A stretch of DNA of 64,000 bases. Source: Vulcanimicrobiota bacterium. Its GTDB lineage: Bacteria > Vulcanimicrobiota > Xenobia > Xenobiales > JADMJV01. Positions 1 to 9,784 of the stretch are shown here, in pieces. The translations under genes were made by a program, and so were the position numbers. The DNA is taken from positions 224,001 through 288,000 of the forward strand of contig JBFWNU010000008.1 of assembly GCA_050250895.1 (NCBI GenBank), in the 5' to 3' direction. Below the pieces are notes generated by a model. That model did not search any database. It saw only the letters and a list, made by a program, of their open reading frames with translations, and had not been told where the DNA came from. Position 1 is the first letter of the stretch. Each line of letters opens with the position of its first letter.

Positions 1-171
1 GCTGCCCTCCAGCGCGCCGGAACCACCTACACCGCTGAGGTCACCATTTTCGAGGTGCCCGACACCGAGCTGGATCTGCTCAAAGGCATCCGCGTGAGGG
101 TGATCTGGCAGGACGCCCAGGGGCAGCGCGAGACGGTGCATCAGGTCTATCGGGCCAATGTCGCCCCGTAA
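1..171 (+). CDS. Partial (3' end) PilV/pseudopilin-like protein
   Basis: Open frame from the window edge to TAA at 169-171, ending ...LLKGIRVRVIWQD...; similar to the C-terminus of ORF 4189-4581; overlaps the next prepilin gene. Confidence 0.55.
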   Translation, partial: AALQRAGTTYTAEVTIFEVPDTELDLLKGIRVRVIWQDAQGQRETVHQVYRANVAP

Positions 172-724
172 GGCCTTCAGCCTGGCTGAAGTGCTGGTTG
201 TGGCCGGGCTGGCGGTCTTGCTGTTGGCTCTGGTGGTGGGGGTGTTGCTGCCCTCGCTGGGGGCATTCCAACGGACCTCGAGCCGGGTGGACATGCAGCA
301 GACCGCGCTCGTGAGTATGCGTCGAATCCGCCACGATCTCGAGCGCTCCACCCCGGCGTCCATCCAGACCTATAGCCAGGCCGGCGTTTGCGCGCTATTG
401 ATTCATCGCTTGCAAGGGCTCGACGCCACCGGCGCCCGCCAGTGGGAAGAGAAGGTCGTCATCTATCACTTTCACCCCGCCACCGGCAAACTGGTGCGCG
501 AGTTGTGGCCCAACGCGGGCACAGCGACCACCAGCGGGCCTCAGCGCTTGGAAGAGGCGACCCTGGCCGCCATCGCAGCCAGCCAGACACCCAACCAGAG
601 GGTGGTGGCCCGCCAGGTCGGCGCCTTTGAGGTCGAGGCCACCAATCCCGTCACACTGCATCTCGAGATGAGCCGGGGCGAACATCGTCTGGTCTCGGAC
701 GAGACCGTCTATTTACGCAATTGA
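158..724 (+). CDS. Prepilin-type N-terminal cleavage/methylation protein (PilW/GspJ-like)
   Basis: RKA-FSLAEVLVV class III signal (A/F cleavage, E5) followed by a hydrophobic helix. Confidence 0.8.
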   Translation: MSPRKAFSLAEVLVVAGLAVLLLALVVGVLLPSLGAFQRTSSRVDMQQTALVSMRRIRHDLERSTPASIQTYSQAGVCALLIHRLQGLDATGARQWEEKVVIYHFHPATGKLVRELWPNAGTATTSGPQRLEEATLAAIAASQTPNQRVVARQVGAFEVEATNPVTLHLEMSRGEHRLVSDETVYLRN

Positions 725-1914
725 GCCAGCGCTTCGAGGGCTTCGCCCAGGTCGGTGAAGCGCTTGCGAGGGGTCTTGGCCAGCATGCGCAAGAGGATCG
801 CTTCTAACTGCTCGGGCACCTCGGGACGCTGGTCCCGCAACGGGGGCGGTGAGGCCAGGCAGTGCTTTTGGAGCACCTCGGTGGGGTCCTCGCCGGTAAA
901 GGGGGGGCTGCCGGCCACCATTTCGTAGGCGAGTATCCCAAGCGAATACTGGTCACTGGCCGGTCCGCGCTGGGTCTCGGGCGGCATGTAGAGAGGCGTT
1001 CCCAGGGTGGTGCCCAGAGCGGTCAGGGTCGAGTGCTCACCCCCCCGGGCCAATCCAAAGTCGAGGATCTTGATCAGCCCCGAGTCGGTCAAGACCAGAT
1101 TGTCGGGCTTGAGATCGCGGTGAATGATGTTACAGCGGTGCCCGTGCCAGACCCCTTCGAGAATCTGGCCAAACAGCTCGACGACCTTTTCTATTGGTAT
1201 TCTTTCGCCGGCCATCAGCGCCCTCAGGCTGGTTCCCTCCACCCGCTCCATGACCAGATAGGGAACCCCCTCGTGCTCGCCCCAATCTTCGAGCCGCACG
1301 ATGTTGCGATGGTCGAGCTGGCGCAGGGCGTCGACCTCGCGTTTAAAGCGGGCCAGAAACTGGGGCTCGTCGGCCAAGTGCGGATGCAGCAGCTTGACCA
1401 CCCGAGCGGGGTCGTTGGCCACGGCGAAAACCGTGCCCATGGCGCCGCGTCCCAGGGTAGGACCGAGTTCATACGGCCCCGCTCTTGGGGCCGAGCTGAC
1501 CTGAGCCGGGGTGGCTGCTACTCGCCGCCGGCCGACGGCTGCAGCCACCATCAGCACCAGCCCCAGGCCGGCCGGGGCCAGCCACCAGGCCGGTCGCTGA
1601 GGGTGCAGGGGGTCGAGTTGGATGACTCCAGCGGGCGGGTAGCGGTCGCCGTTGTGCAAGCCGTGGCGCGGGATCCGTTCGGTCTTGGGCCGGTAGCCCT
1701 CGGCTTCCAGCCGGATCACGATGTCTCCCCGGCTGGGCACCCGCACCACCACCGGTTGGCCGGCTTTGCCCAGCCAATCGGCTTCGGTGCCCGAGGCATG
1801 GGCCTGCAGCACCGTGGCCCCGGCCGGGTTGGTGTGAAAGGTCACCGTGAGGCTGTCCTGGGCCAACCCCGGCAGGCTCAAGAGCATGACCATGACTAGC
1901 GCGCGAAGGGCCAC
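709..1914 (-). CDS. Membrane Ser/Thr protein kinase with N-terminal extracellular PEGA-like domain
   Basis: GRGAMG, HRDLKPDN, DFGLA and GTPLYMPPE motifs; signal peptide and TM segment; start uncertain. Confidence 0.9.
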   Translation of the reverse strand: MALRALVMVMLLSLPGLAQDSLTVTFHTNPAGATVLQAHASGTEADWLGKAGQPVVVRVPSRGDIVIRLEAEGYRPKTERIPRHGLHNGDRYPPAGVIQLDPLHPQRPAWWLAPAGLGLVLMVAAAVGRRRVAATPAQVSSAPRAGPYELGPTLGRGAMGTVFAVANDPARVVKLLHPHLADEPQFLARFKREVDALRQLDHRNIVRLEDWGEHEGVPYLVMERVEGTSLRALMAGERIPIEKVVELFGQILEGVWHGHRCNIIHRDLKPDNLVLTDSGLIKILDFGLARGGEHSTLTALGTTLGTPLYMPPETQRGPASDQYSLGILAYEMVAGSPPFTGEDPTEVLQKHCLASPPPLRDQRPEVPEQLEAILLRMLAKTPRKRFTDLGEALEALAQLRK

Positions 1915-2402
1915 AGGCCTCGCCTTCCGCCGAGCGACTTGCCACAGCTGGAGCAATAGCGCGCCCCCTCGGGCCCGGCCGTCCCGCACGAAGAGCAGAG
2001 CGTGCCTCCGGCGTCGGCCAGGTGGATCAGCAGGCTCTGTTCATCCTCGGACAAGCGCCGGCTCAGACGAGTGGTTCCGACGGTGAGTTCGACCGAAGAC
2101 TGCGAGGTGAGCCATCCCGGCGTGCTCACCAACTCGCTGATCGGGGTGCTGTCTGGCGAGAGACTGGCGGCCCAGGCGGCCACGAACCGGGTCAATTCGG
2201 GCTGCAGCACAGGAGCTTTCAGCCAGGCGCGGGCCAGGGCCAGGTGGATCTCGACCACGCGGTCCTCGACCACCATGAGCTGCAGGCTAAGCAATCCGCG
2301 CAGCCGGTGCCCGGCCGGTCGATACCGCCCCTCGTCGGCCACCAGGTGAAAGATCGCGAAGAAGTCGCCGCTGGTAGCCTCGGCCAGGCTAAGCCCGAGC
2401 AT
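1896..2402 (-). CDS. Hypothetical protein with C-terminal zinc ribbon
   Basis: CSSCG...YCSSCG; overlaps both neighbours in an operon. Confidence 0.7.
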   Translation of the reverse strand: MLGLSLAEATSGDFFAIFHLVADEGRYRPAGHRLRGLLSLQLMVVEDRVVEIHLALARAWLKAPVLQPELTRFVAAWAASLSPDSTPISELVSTPGWLTSQSSVELTVGTTRLSRRLSEDEQSLLIHLADAGGTLCSSCGTAGPEGARYCSSCGKSLGGRRGLWPFAR

Positions 2403-4062
2403 TGGCACCGCCTGAAACTTCGAGCACCGTGCTCGGACTGACCTGGATGCGATCGCCCGAGCGGATGCGTTGCTCGGCTTCGACGGGCACACCGTTGACC
2501 ACGCACATCCCACCGGCTACCCGACTGAGATAGAGCCCGCTGTCGCGCCGAACCAGGGCAAAATGCTGGCGGGATACGGCCGGGTCAGACAGTTGCAGGT
2601 CGCAGTCCTGGTGACGGCCGACGACCACCACCGCTTCAGAAACTTCACAGCGTCGGCCGCGATCGCTACCCTCGACCACCTCGACCTGATAGGTGCGACG
2701 GCCGGAACGACGCGCCGACGGCGGGGCGGGCGCCCCCGCGCGGACCTGGATGCAGGTCTGACCCAGCCGGATTTCGGCCTGATGTTCTAACTCGACGGGG
2801 CCAAAGACGGGCAAGCCGTTGACCCGGACGTCGTCCTGACCGGTCAGGCAATGCAAGCGCAGACGTCCGTCGTCGACTTCGAGAGCGGCCACCCGGTTCT
2901 TGACTGAGGGGTCGTCGAGTTCAAGATCGCAAGCCAGGGCGCCGGGGCCCCCCAGGGTCAATTGCCGACCCTCGAGAGCGCGCGCGAAAATCTGGATCTC
3001 GCGATCGATCTCGGGCCCTTCGGTTACCAGCAAAAGATAATCGGCGCCCACCACCACCGGCAAGGTGGCCGCCGACGACGAGCCGCAGGTCAGAGGCTGC
3101 AGCTGCTCGGCCACGGCCTGGCCGCAGCCGGCCATTCGCGCCGCCAGAGCGGTCAGGCTGGGCTCATTCTGGGGCAGCTGCTGGCGGGCGGTGCGCCAGG
3201 CGCGCCCGAGGCTGTGGCCCAGGCAAAGCTCGCGGCCAAACTGTCTGAGCAAGGTGGCCACCACCGTCGGCTCGACATCCCAGGCAAAGTCGAGCAGGCA
3301 GCGCGTGCCGGCAGCCAGCCACAGGTTGACCAACCGCTCGCGCCCGACGCCGAGCCAGTCCAGGTGCAGGCTGACTAGACTCGAGGCGTCCCTTTGCCAG
3401 CCCACCAGTTCGTCGAAGCCGCAGGCCCGGTCGGCCAGCCACACCCGCTCGGGCTCGGCCACGGTTTGCAGATGAAACCAGCCGTAGTCCCCGCTGGCCA
3501 GGGCCGCCTCCACCGCGTGAGTGCTGGCCTGGGAGCCGGTCAGCCGGTCCACCTCGAAGACCGACGACACGGATTGGACCAGAGCCTGAGCGGCCTGCTG
3601 GGCCTGGTGGGCCAGACCCAGCGGGTCGCTGACCACCAGCAATCTGGGTCGCTCCTGGGCCCGCGCCGGCTGGGCCTGGGTGGTGTGCGCTCGGGTCACC
3701 AGGCAGTGCTGCCCGAGAAAGCCGTTTTCGAGTCGGCACAACTCCCAGTCAAGCCCGGGCGTGTCGGTGTCGAGTTCGAGCCAGGCATCGGCTGGAATCT
3801 TCTCGAGCCAGGCTCGGGCCGGCGCCGGCACCAGCGCCGCCAGGGCCCGGCCGGCTTCCTCGGCCAGAGCCTGATTGGCCCGGGGGGCGGCCCAGGGCGA
3901 GGGACTGAGAGCCTCAGCCAGGCGCGCCCGGGCTTCTTCGAAGCGCTCGAGTTCGAGTCGGCCCAGCAGCTCTTCGACCTGGCACTGGGTGTGCGGACCA
4001 GACAGGGCAAACGCCAGCGCCCGCCCGCCCTCGACAAGTCTAGCTCGCAACGAGAACGTCAT
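2389..4062 (-). CDS. Degenerate CHAT-like domain plus two FHA domains
   Basis: LDWEL, LLVVSDP and FAWDV CHAT-like segments; C-terminal FHA with VGRH..SRQH..VNG. Confidence 0.75.
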   Translation of the reverse strand: MTFSLRARLVEGGRALAFALSGPHTQCQVEELLGRLELERFEEARARLAEALSPSPWAAPRANQALAEEAGRALAALVPAPARAWLEKIPADAWLELDTDTPGLDWELCRLENGFLGQHCLVTRAHTTQAQPARAQERPRLLVVSDPLGLAHQAQQAAQALVQSVSSVFEVDRLTGSQASTHAVEAALASGDYGWFHLQTVAEPERVWLADRACGFDELVGWQRDASSLVSLHLDWLGVGRERLVNLWLAAGTRCLLDFAWDVEPTVVATLLRQFGRELCLGHSLGRAWRTARQQLPQNEPSLTALAARMAGCGQAVAEQLQPLTCGSSSAATLPVVVGADYLLLVTEGPEIDREIQIFARALEGRQLTLGGPGALACDLELDDPSVKNRVAALEVDDGRLRLHCLTGQDDVRVNGLPVFGPVELEHQAEIRLGQTCIQVRAGAPAPPSARRSGRRTYQVEVVEGSDRGRRCEVSEAVVVVGRHQDCDLQLSDPAVSRQHFALVRRDSGLYLSRVAGGMCVVNGVPVEAEQRIRSGDRIQVSPSTVLEVSGGANARA

Positions 4063-4188
4063 GGCGGGCTGGTTTCGCGCCGCCCACGGAGCCAGCCTCC
4101 AGGTTTAACATCTCGACACGCAGCCTGAAACATGGCGGTAACATTTTCCGCCGTCCTCCCACCCTCGCGATGGTACTCTCACCTCAAG

Positions 4189-4581
4189 ATGAAGATGCAA
4201 CGCAACCCCAACCGAGGCTTGACACTGGTCGAGACGATCCTCGCTTCCTTTCTGCTGGGCACGATGATCGTGGCCGTGATGGGCGTCTGGCCAGCCTACT
4301 ATCGGGCTGTAGAAAAGAGCAAGAATCGACGGGTGGCCGTAGCCCTGGCCGAACAGCAGATGGAGATCGCCATGGCCGAGGGCTTTCTCGGGGTGCGGCG
4401 GCGCGAAGAGAGCTTCGAGCTCGAATCCGAGCGTGGTGGCAGCCGCGTAACCACCCGATTTGATTGCCTGGTCCAGGTGACCCAGGACAGTCTCTATCTC
4501 AAGACCGTCACGGTGACGGTGAGTTGGCCCGAGACCCGGAATGTCAAGGAGGTTCGCTATGAATCGAAGATCTCGAGTTAG
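4189..4581 (+). CDS. PilV/GspI-like minor pilin
   Basis: RG-LTLVETIL class III signal; LKTVTVTVSW C-terminal motif. Confidence 0.8.
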   Translation: MKMQRNPNRGLTLVETILASFLLGTMIVAVMGVWPAYYRAVEKSKNRRVAVALAEQQMEIAMAEGFLGVRRREESFELESERGGSRVTTRFDCLVQVTQDSLYLKTVTVTVSWPETRNVKEVRYESKISS

Positions 4582-5146
4582 AGGAACGACCCTGTTCGAG
4601 ACCATGATCGCCGCCGCTTTGGTGGGACTGATGATGACCTACGGCTACGACATCCTGGTGGCCGGCAGTCGTTACCAGAAGCGAGTCGAGGTCAACGCCG
4701 AACTCGACCAGGCGGCCCTGGCCGGCATGGCCTTGCTGGTGCGCGAACTCAAAGAGTCGACTTCCTCGGCCATCGTCTTCGGCAGCAACGCCGTGGTCTT
4801 CGCCTCGCCCCGCGATCCTCAGGGTGGCTTTCAGTATGACGCCGCCGGACGCATCCTGTGGTGGAAAATCGTGTGCTACTCGGTGGAAGAGGTCAACGGC
4901 GTTTCGTGTCTGGTGCGCCGCGAAGAATCGCTGGGCAGCCTCCCTTCGAGCACCGTTCCCCGGGTGGTTCAAACCCCCATCTACTTTCAGCAGGCCAACC
5001 TGCCTTCGCGGGTCGTGGCCAGCGACGTCACGGCCCTCGACGGCCTGGCCCTGTCTCCGGTCGAGGTTCACCTGACCGCCTCGCGCCCCGTCCTGGGAGC
5101 CCGCTTTTCCGTGACCAGCCACACCCGCCTGGTTTGCCAGAACTAG
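4559..5146 (+). CDS. PilW/GspJ-like minor pilin
   Basis: RG-TTLFETMI class III signal; resembles 158-724. Confidence 0.8.
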   Translation: MNRRSRVRGTTLFETMIAAALVGLMMTYGYDILVAGSRYQKRVEVNAELDQAALAGMALLVRELKESTSSAIVFGSNAVVFASPRDPQGGFQYDAAGRILWWKIVCYSVEEVNGVSCLVRREESLGSLPSSTVPRVVQTPIYFQQANLPSRVVASDVTALDGLALSPVEVHLTASRPVLGARFSVTSHTRLVCQN

Positions 5147-5203
5147 CGCGAGTTATTTCTCGATAGGCCTTGGAGGGTCGCCGGGGGGCAGAACGAAGCC
5201 CAA

Positions 5204-7450
5204 TTGGTGAACCAAACGGCCCGGATTCTTCTGCTCGAAGACGACCAGGAGTTGCGTCAGACTCTGGTCGACGTGCTCGAACTCGAAGGCTATTTCGTAG
5301 TCGCCGTCGACCGCGGCGAGCAAGCGGTGGCGGCCGCCCACGGCGAGGCCTTCGACCTGATCGTGGCCGACGTTCGTATGGAAGGCATGGATGGCATCGA
5401 CGCCCTGCGTCAGATGCGGGCCGACCTGCCCGACAGCCGGGCGATGGTCATCAGTGGCTACTCCTCCGAGGCAGACTCGATCCGGGCCATTCAGGCCGGA
5501 GTCGAAGACTACCTCAAGAAGCCTTTTTCGGCCAAACAGTTTCTGGACGCCGTGCGCCGGCTGCTGGTGCTTCACAGCCAGGCCAAAGAGCGGCGCCAGG
5601 TAGAGCAGCGCCTGCGCCGCAACCTGCTGTGGGCACTCAAGTCGCTGGCCTTTACTATCGAACGCACCCAGGGTGGCGAGGTCAGCCAGAGCCTGCAGAG
5701 GGCTCAGCGTTTGGCTCTGGCCGGCGGGCTCTCTCCCGAGGCCGCCGAGGGAGTCCAGGTGGCCCTGCTGGTGCACACCATCGGCTCCCACTCGGTCGAG
5801 GGCACCAGCCCCGACCTGCCGCCTGGCATCACCCGCATTCTCGAGCATCTCGAAGAGTGGTGGGATGGTTCGGGCGAGCCCAACGGCCTGGCCGGTAGCG
5901 ACATTCCGCTCGAGGCCCGGGTGGCCGCCCTGGCGCTGGCCGGATCCGACCCCGAAGAGGAATACCCCGGCCGCTTCGACCCTCACTTGCTCGAAGCGCT
6001 TCGGAATCTGGACAAAGCCGACACCGTCCTACCCACGCTCGAGGCCTCGGTCCGGCGCAGCCTGCTGTCGCTGGGACGGACCCTGGCTCAGGCTGGCAAT
6101 ACCGGCAGCGCCCGCGAAGCCTATCATCGACTGCTGCAAGACCCGGCCCCCACCCGCGAGCGGGTTCAAGCGCTGCTGGGGCTGGCCCGTCTCGAGCGCC
6201 TGGATGGACGTCTCGAGACCGCCTCGCAGCTGGCCTGGGAGGCTACCTCTCAGGCTGAACAGGTGGGTCCGGTGGTGGCTGCCACCGTCAGCCTCGAGGG
6301 GGGATTGATGCTGCTCGACAGCGACCGGGCCAGCGACAAGATTCGCCAGGCCGGGCGTCTCTTTCGCCAGATGGGCGACGCTTCGGGCCAAGCCCGGGCC
6401 ACGCTGGCTCTGGCTTCCCGCCAGGTGGCCGTGGCTCCCGAGGCTGTCCAGGAGGCTTTGTCGACCCTGCTGGCGCCGGCCAATTATCCTTTGCTGGTGG
6501 GCTCGGTCGACTGGCTGCTTCCGTTTCTGCTCGAGCATCCTCAGGCTAGCCCAGAGCTTGAGCGGGCCCTGCAAACCCTGGCCCGGGACGCGGGCAACCA
6601 CCTGGTGGCGGTGGTCGCTGCCGGCCAACTCTCGGCCGCCGGCCGGTTGCGAGCGGTCGAGCTGATGGGCGGCCAGCCCGACGCCTCTCCCCAGGCCATC
6701 GGATTGCCCATGTTGCGCATCCTCTCGATGGGGCCGTTCGAAGTCTATCGCGGCGACGACCGCATCGCCGACCGAGCCTGGAAAACCCGCAATGTAAAGT
6801 TCTTGCTGGCGGCGCTGGCCTTTCAGGGTGGCCGCCCGGTGGTCGAGGATCACCTGTTGGACTGGTTCTGGCCGCGCCTGGACGTGCATAAGGCCCGCAA
6901 GAATCTCTACTGGTCTACTTCGGTGCTCAGGCGCACTCTCAAGCCGCCTGACTGGGACGGCGACGAGGACTACATGACCCGTTCCTCGGCCGGTCTGGGG
7001 CTCAACCCGGAGCTTCCCTGGAGCCACGACTATCAAGAACTCGAAGCGCTGGTGGAGGACTCGGCCCGGCCTGACGGCGAGCGATTCCGTCGCCTGAGCG
7101 AACTTTACCGGGGCGTCTATCTCGAGGGTTGCTATATGGATTGGGTCTTACCCCTGCGCGAGAAACTGCAGCGCAGGGTGGCCGATGCCATGGCCGGTTT
7201 CGTCGAGCGCGCCGAAGAGAACAACCAGCCCAAGGAAGTGCTGGAGTATGCCCACCGTCTGGTCGAGATCGATCCCTGTCGCCAGGCCGCCTATCTTTCG
7301 GCCATGCAGGCCAGCCTGGCCCTGGGTCGCCCCGAAGAAGCGGTGCGCCAGTACAAGAGCTGCCAGAAAGCCCTGCGCGAGCAGCTCGACATGGAGCCGG
7401 ATATCGCTCTGGTCGAGGCTCACCAGCGGGCGCTCCTGAGTATCGACTAG
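5204..7450 (+). CDS. Response regulator: REC + degenerate HD-GYP-like + TPR + winged-helix/BTAD (SARP-like)
   Basis: ILLLEDD/DVRM/LKKPF receiver; EWWDGSGEPNGL HD-GYP remnant; LRILSMGPF...LYRGVYLEG BTAD region. Confidence 0.85.
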   Translation: MVNQTARILLLEDDQELRQTLVDVLELEGYFVVAVDRGEQAVAAAHGEAFDLIVADVRMEGMDGIDALRQMRADLPDSRAMVISGYSSEADSIRAIQAGVEDYLKKPFSAKQFLDAVRRLLVLHSQAKERRQVEQRLRRNLLWALKSLAFTIERTQGGEVSQSLQRAQRLALAGGLSPEAAEGVQVALLVHTIGSHSVEGTSPDLPPGITRILEHLEEWWDGSGEPNGLAGSDIPLEARVAALALAGSDPEEEYPGRFDPHLLEALRNLDKADTVLPTLEASVRRSLLSLGRTLAQAGNTGSAREAYHRLLQDPAPTRERVQALLGLARLERLDGRLETASQLAWEATSQAEQVGPVVAATVSLEGGLMLLDSDRASDKIRQAGRLFRQMGDASGQARATLALASRQVAVAPEAVQEALSTLLAPANYPLLVGSVDWLLPFLLEHPQASPELERALQTLARDAGNHLVAVVAAGQLSAAGRLRAVELMGGQPDASPQAIGLPMLRILSMGPFEVYRGDDRIADRAWKTRNVKFLLAALAFQGGRPVVEDHLLDWFWPRLDVHKARKNLYWSTSVLRRTLKPPDWDGDEDYMTRSSAGLGLNPELPWSHDYQELEALVEDSARPDGERFRRLSELYRGVYLEGCYMDWVLPLREKLQRRVADAMAGFVERAEENNQPKEVLEYAHRLVEIDPCRQAAYLSAMQASLALGRPEEAVRQYKSCQKALREQLDMEPDIALVEAHQRALLSID

Positions 7451-7451
7451 G

Positions 7452-9140
7452 GTGGACGACCAGGCCTTCGTCATGTCTCGCCTGCTGCGTTGCCTTGATG
7501 AGCAAGGCGGCTCTCACGCCCTGTGCTCCCTGGTCGTAGACCTGGCGCGCAATCTGTTTCGGGCCCAGAGCGTGGTCGCGTTTCGGCGCATCCAGGGTCA
7601 TCTCGAGGCGGTGGCCTGGCACACTCCCCACGGTGACCGACTCACCGCCTGGCAGTTGCTCGGTCTGCGAGAACCGTTGCTCGAGGCCGACCGCCTCGCG
7701 ACACGGACCCAGGCCGTCGAGGCCGAGAATGCTCTCTTTCCTGGCGAAGAGGTGGCGGCCGTAGCCCCGATGGGCGACGGTCTGCTCTACCTTAGTCCTG
7801 AGCCGCCCGAGTTGGCCCAATTCGATCTTGTCCTGTTCGAGTGGTTGGCTCTTCAGGCGGGCAAGGCTCTGGGCATGGCCGCGGCCCGCCAGGATCTCGA
7901 ACAGTGCCGCGACGAGCGGGATCAGTTGTTGCTGAGCATGGAAGGCATCACCCGGATACTGGAGGAGTTGCCCCGCCTGACCGCCACTCTCGACGAGAAA
8001 GAATTGGTCGAACAACTGGGCCAACACCTCGAGACGCTCATCCCTCACGATAGCCGGGCCGTCCTGCTGTTGGATCCCGATGGCCGTCTCCGGGTCGAGT
8101 CGGTAGGCTTTGACCCCGCGGGTCTGGCCGAGCCGCACCAGACTCTGGTGGAGGGTCGTCGCCCTCTGCGCATTGACCGTCTGCGCGGCACCCGCTGGGA
8201 GAAGGACCTGGCCGGACACAGTAGCCTCATGGCCGTGCCCATCCCTGGTCGCCATGACCTGTTGGGCACCATCTTTCTGGGGTCGTGCTGCCCCGAGGCC
8301 TTCACCGCCGAGCACGTCCGCCTGCTCTCGATCGTGGCTAACCAGTTCGGGGTGACGGTCACCAACGCCCAGCTTCACAGTGAAGTGCTCGAGGCCTATG
8401 AGCAACTGCGCGACACCCGGGTGCGCCAGCTGGAATCGAGCAAGCTGGCCGCGGTCGGCCAGTTGGCGGCCGGCGTGGCCCACGAACTCAACAATCCCCT
8501 GGGCACGATTTTGCTGGCCACCGAGCTGTTGCCCGACATCATCCACTCTCATCCCGAGAAGGCGGAGCGCTTGCTGAGTAACGCCGGCAAAGCCGCCCTG
8601 CGCTCGAAGTCCATCGTCGAGAAACTGCTGGTTTATTCGCGCGAGCGCGAGGCTTTGCGCCGGGCCGAGTTGTCGCAAGTGGTGGGCGACGCTCTGGACC
8701 TGATGGAGACCCAGCTCCAGATCGAGGGGATTCGACTGCTGCGACGATTCGATTCGCAGCCTCTGGAACTGGTCTGTAACCCGGGCGAATTGCAGCAGGT
8801 GGTGACCAACCTGGTGCTCAACGCGAAAGCGGCCATCCTGGAACATCCCGACGCCCGGCGCGAGATCGAGGTTTGCACCGGCCGCCAGGATCAACTGCTC
8901 TGCTTCTCGGTCCGGGATTGGGGGCCCGGCGTCGCCAGCGAACTCAGCGAGCGCATCTACGAGCCGTTCTTTACCACCCGTCCCGTCGGCAAAGGAACAG
9001 GCCTGGGTCTGTCCATCTGCCAGCGCATCGTAGAGGAACATTGCGGGCGACTCGAGCTTGACTGCCCTGGGGACGGCGGGGCCCGCTTCTGGGTGCGGCT
9101 GGGGTTACAAACTCCTAAACTCTCAGAAACATCCTCGTAA
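7452..9140 (+). CDS. GAF-domain sensor histidine kinase
   Basis: GVAHELNNP H-box, QVVTNLVLNA N-box, DWGPG, PFFTT, GTGLGL; upstream GAF-like region. Confidence 0.93.
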   Translation: MDDQAFVMSRLLRCLDEQGGSHALCSLVVDLARNLFRAQSVVAFRRIQGHLEAVAWHTPHGDRLTAWQLLGLREPLLEADRLATRTQAVEAENALFPGEEVAAVAPMGDGLLYLSPEPPELAQFDLVLFEWLALQAGKALGMAAARQDLEQCRDERDQLLLSMEGITRILEELPRLTATLDEKELVEQLGQHLETLIPHDSRAVLLLDPDGRLRVESVGFDPAGLAEPHQTLVEGRRPLRIDRLRGTRWEKDLAGHSSLMAVPIPGRHDLLGTIFLGSCCPEAFTAEHVRLLSIVANQFGVTVTNAQLHSEVLEAYEQLRDTRVRQLESSKLAAVGQLAAGVAHELNNPLGTILLATELLPDIIHSHPEKAERLLSNAGKAALRSKSIVEKLLVYSREREALRRAELSQVVGDALDLMETQLQIEGIRLLRRFDSQPLELVCNPGELQQVVTNLVLNAKAAILEHPDARREIEVCTGRQDQLLCFSVRDWGPGVASELSERIYEPFFTTRPVGKGTGLGLSICQRIVEEHCGRLELDCPGDGGARFWVRLGLQTPKLSETSS

Positions 9141-9231
9141 CACTTTCCGGGCTTCTCTCACCTGCCGGGGGCTATCTTAAGGGTGGGCGGCGGACCGCCG
9201 ACCCGAAACCAGCCAAAGCGAGGATAAACCA

Positions 9232-9783
9232 TTGAAACTCACTAAACGTCATTTCGTAGCAGCCCTGCTGGTCGGCATCGCCCTCGGCGCCGGTCCCGCT
9301 CACGCCCAGACCCCCGATGCTGCCGGGGCGGCCGTCCGGGCACAGTTGCAGCTGGTCGGAGTGAAAGGCCGCAGTGGCGTCATTTCACCGGCCACGCCGG
9401 TGGCCCTGGAGATCAGCCTGGTCAAGCGGGCAGCTCCGGTAATCGCTGTCCCCGTGTCGCCGGTCCGACCGGCGCCTCCCCCGATCCTGGTGTCACCCAT
9501 CATCCCCCCCGCCCCTGCCGTCCCCGAGCGGCCCACTCCGCCCCCGGTCACCATCGCTCCGGCCCCAGCTCCGGCGCCCGCGCCCGCTCCGGCCCCGGTT
9601 CCCCCTCCGGCGCCACCGATCAGTCGTGACGGCGGCTTCAAGAGCGCGAGTCCAGCCGTTGCCGTTGCTCCGGTGGGACCGGACGCTGCTTTCAACATCA
9701 ACGAGCTGCTCAACCTCCTCATGCAATACAAGAGCGGAGCGATCGGCTTCAGTGGCGCTCGCGTCGGCTTGCTTGGGTTCTAG
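9232..9783 (+). CDS. Secreted proline/alanine-rich protein
   Basis: Signal peptide ending AHA, (PA)n tract, GAGGA RBS. Confidence 0.65.
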   Translation: MKLTKRHFVAALLVGIALGAGPAHAQTPDAAGAAVRAQLQLVGVKGRSGVISPATPVALEISLVKRAAPVIAVPVSPVRPAPPPILVSPIIPPAPAVPERPTPPPVTIAPAPAPAPAPAPAPVPPPAPPISRDGGFKSASPAVAVAPVGPDAAFNINELLNLLMQYKSGAIGFSGARVGLLGF

Positions 9784-9784
9784 T

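Noticed and set aside
7002-9041. Long antisense or alternative-frame ORFs (also 22300-23535, 36687-38129, and the 5' extensions of 61414-63255 and 62035-63594)
   Set aside because: Shadow ORFs of well-supported genes in high-GC DNA
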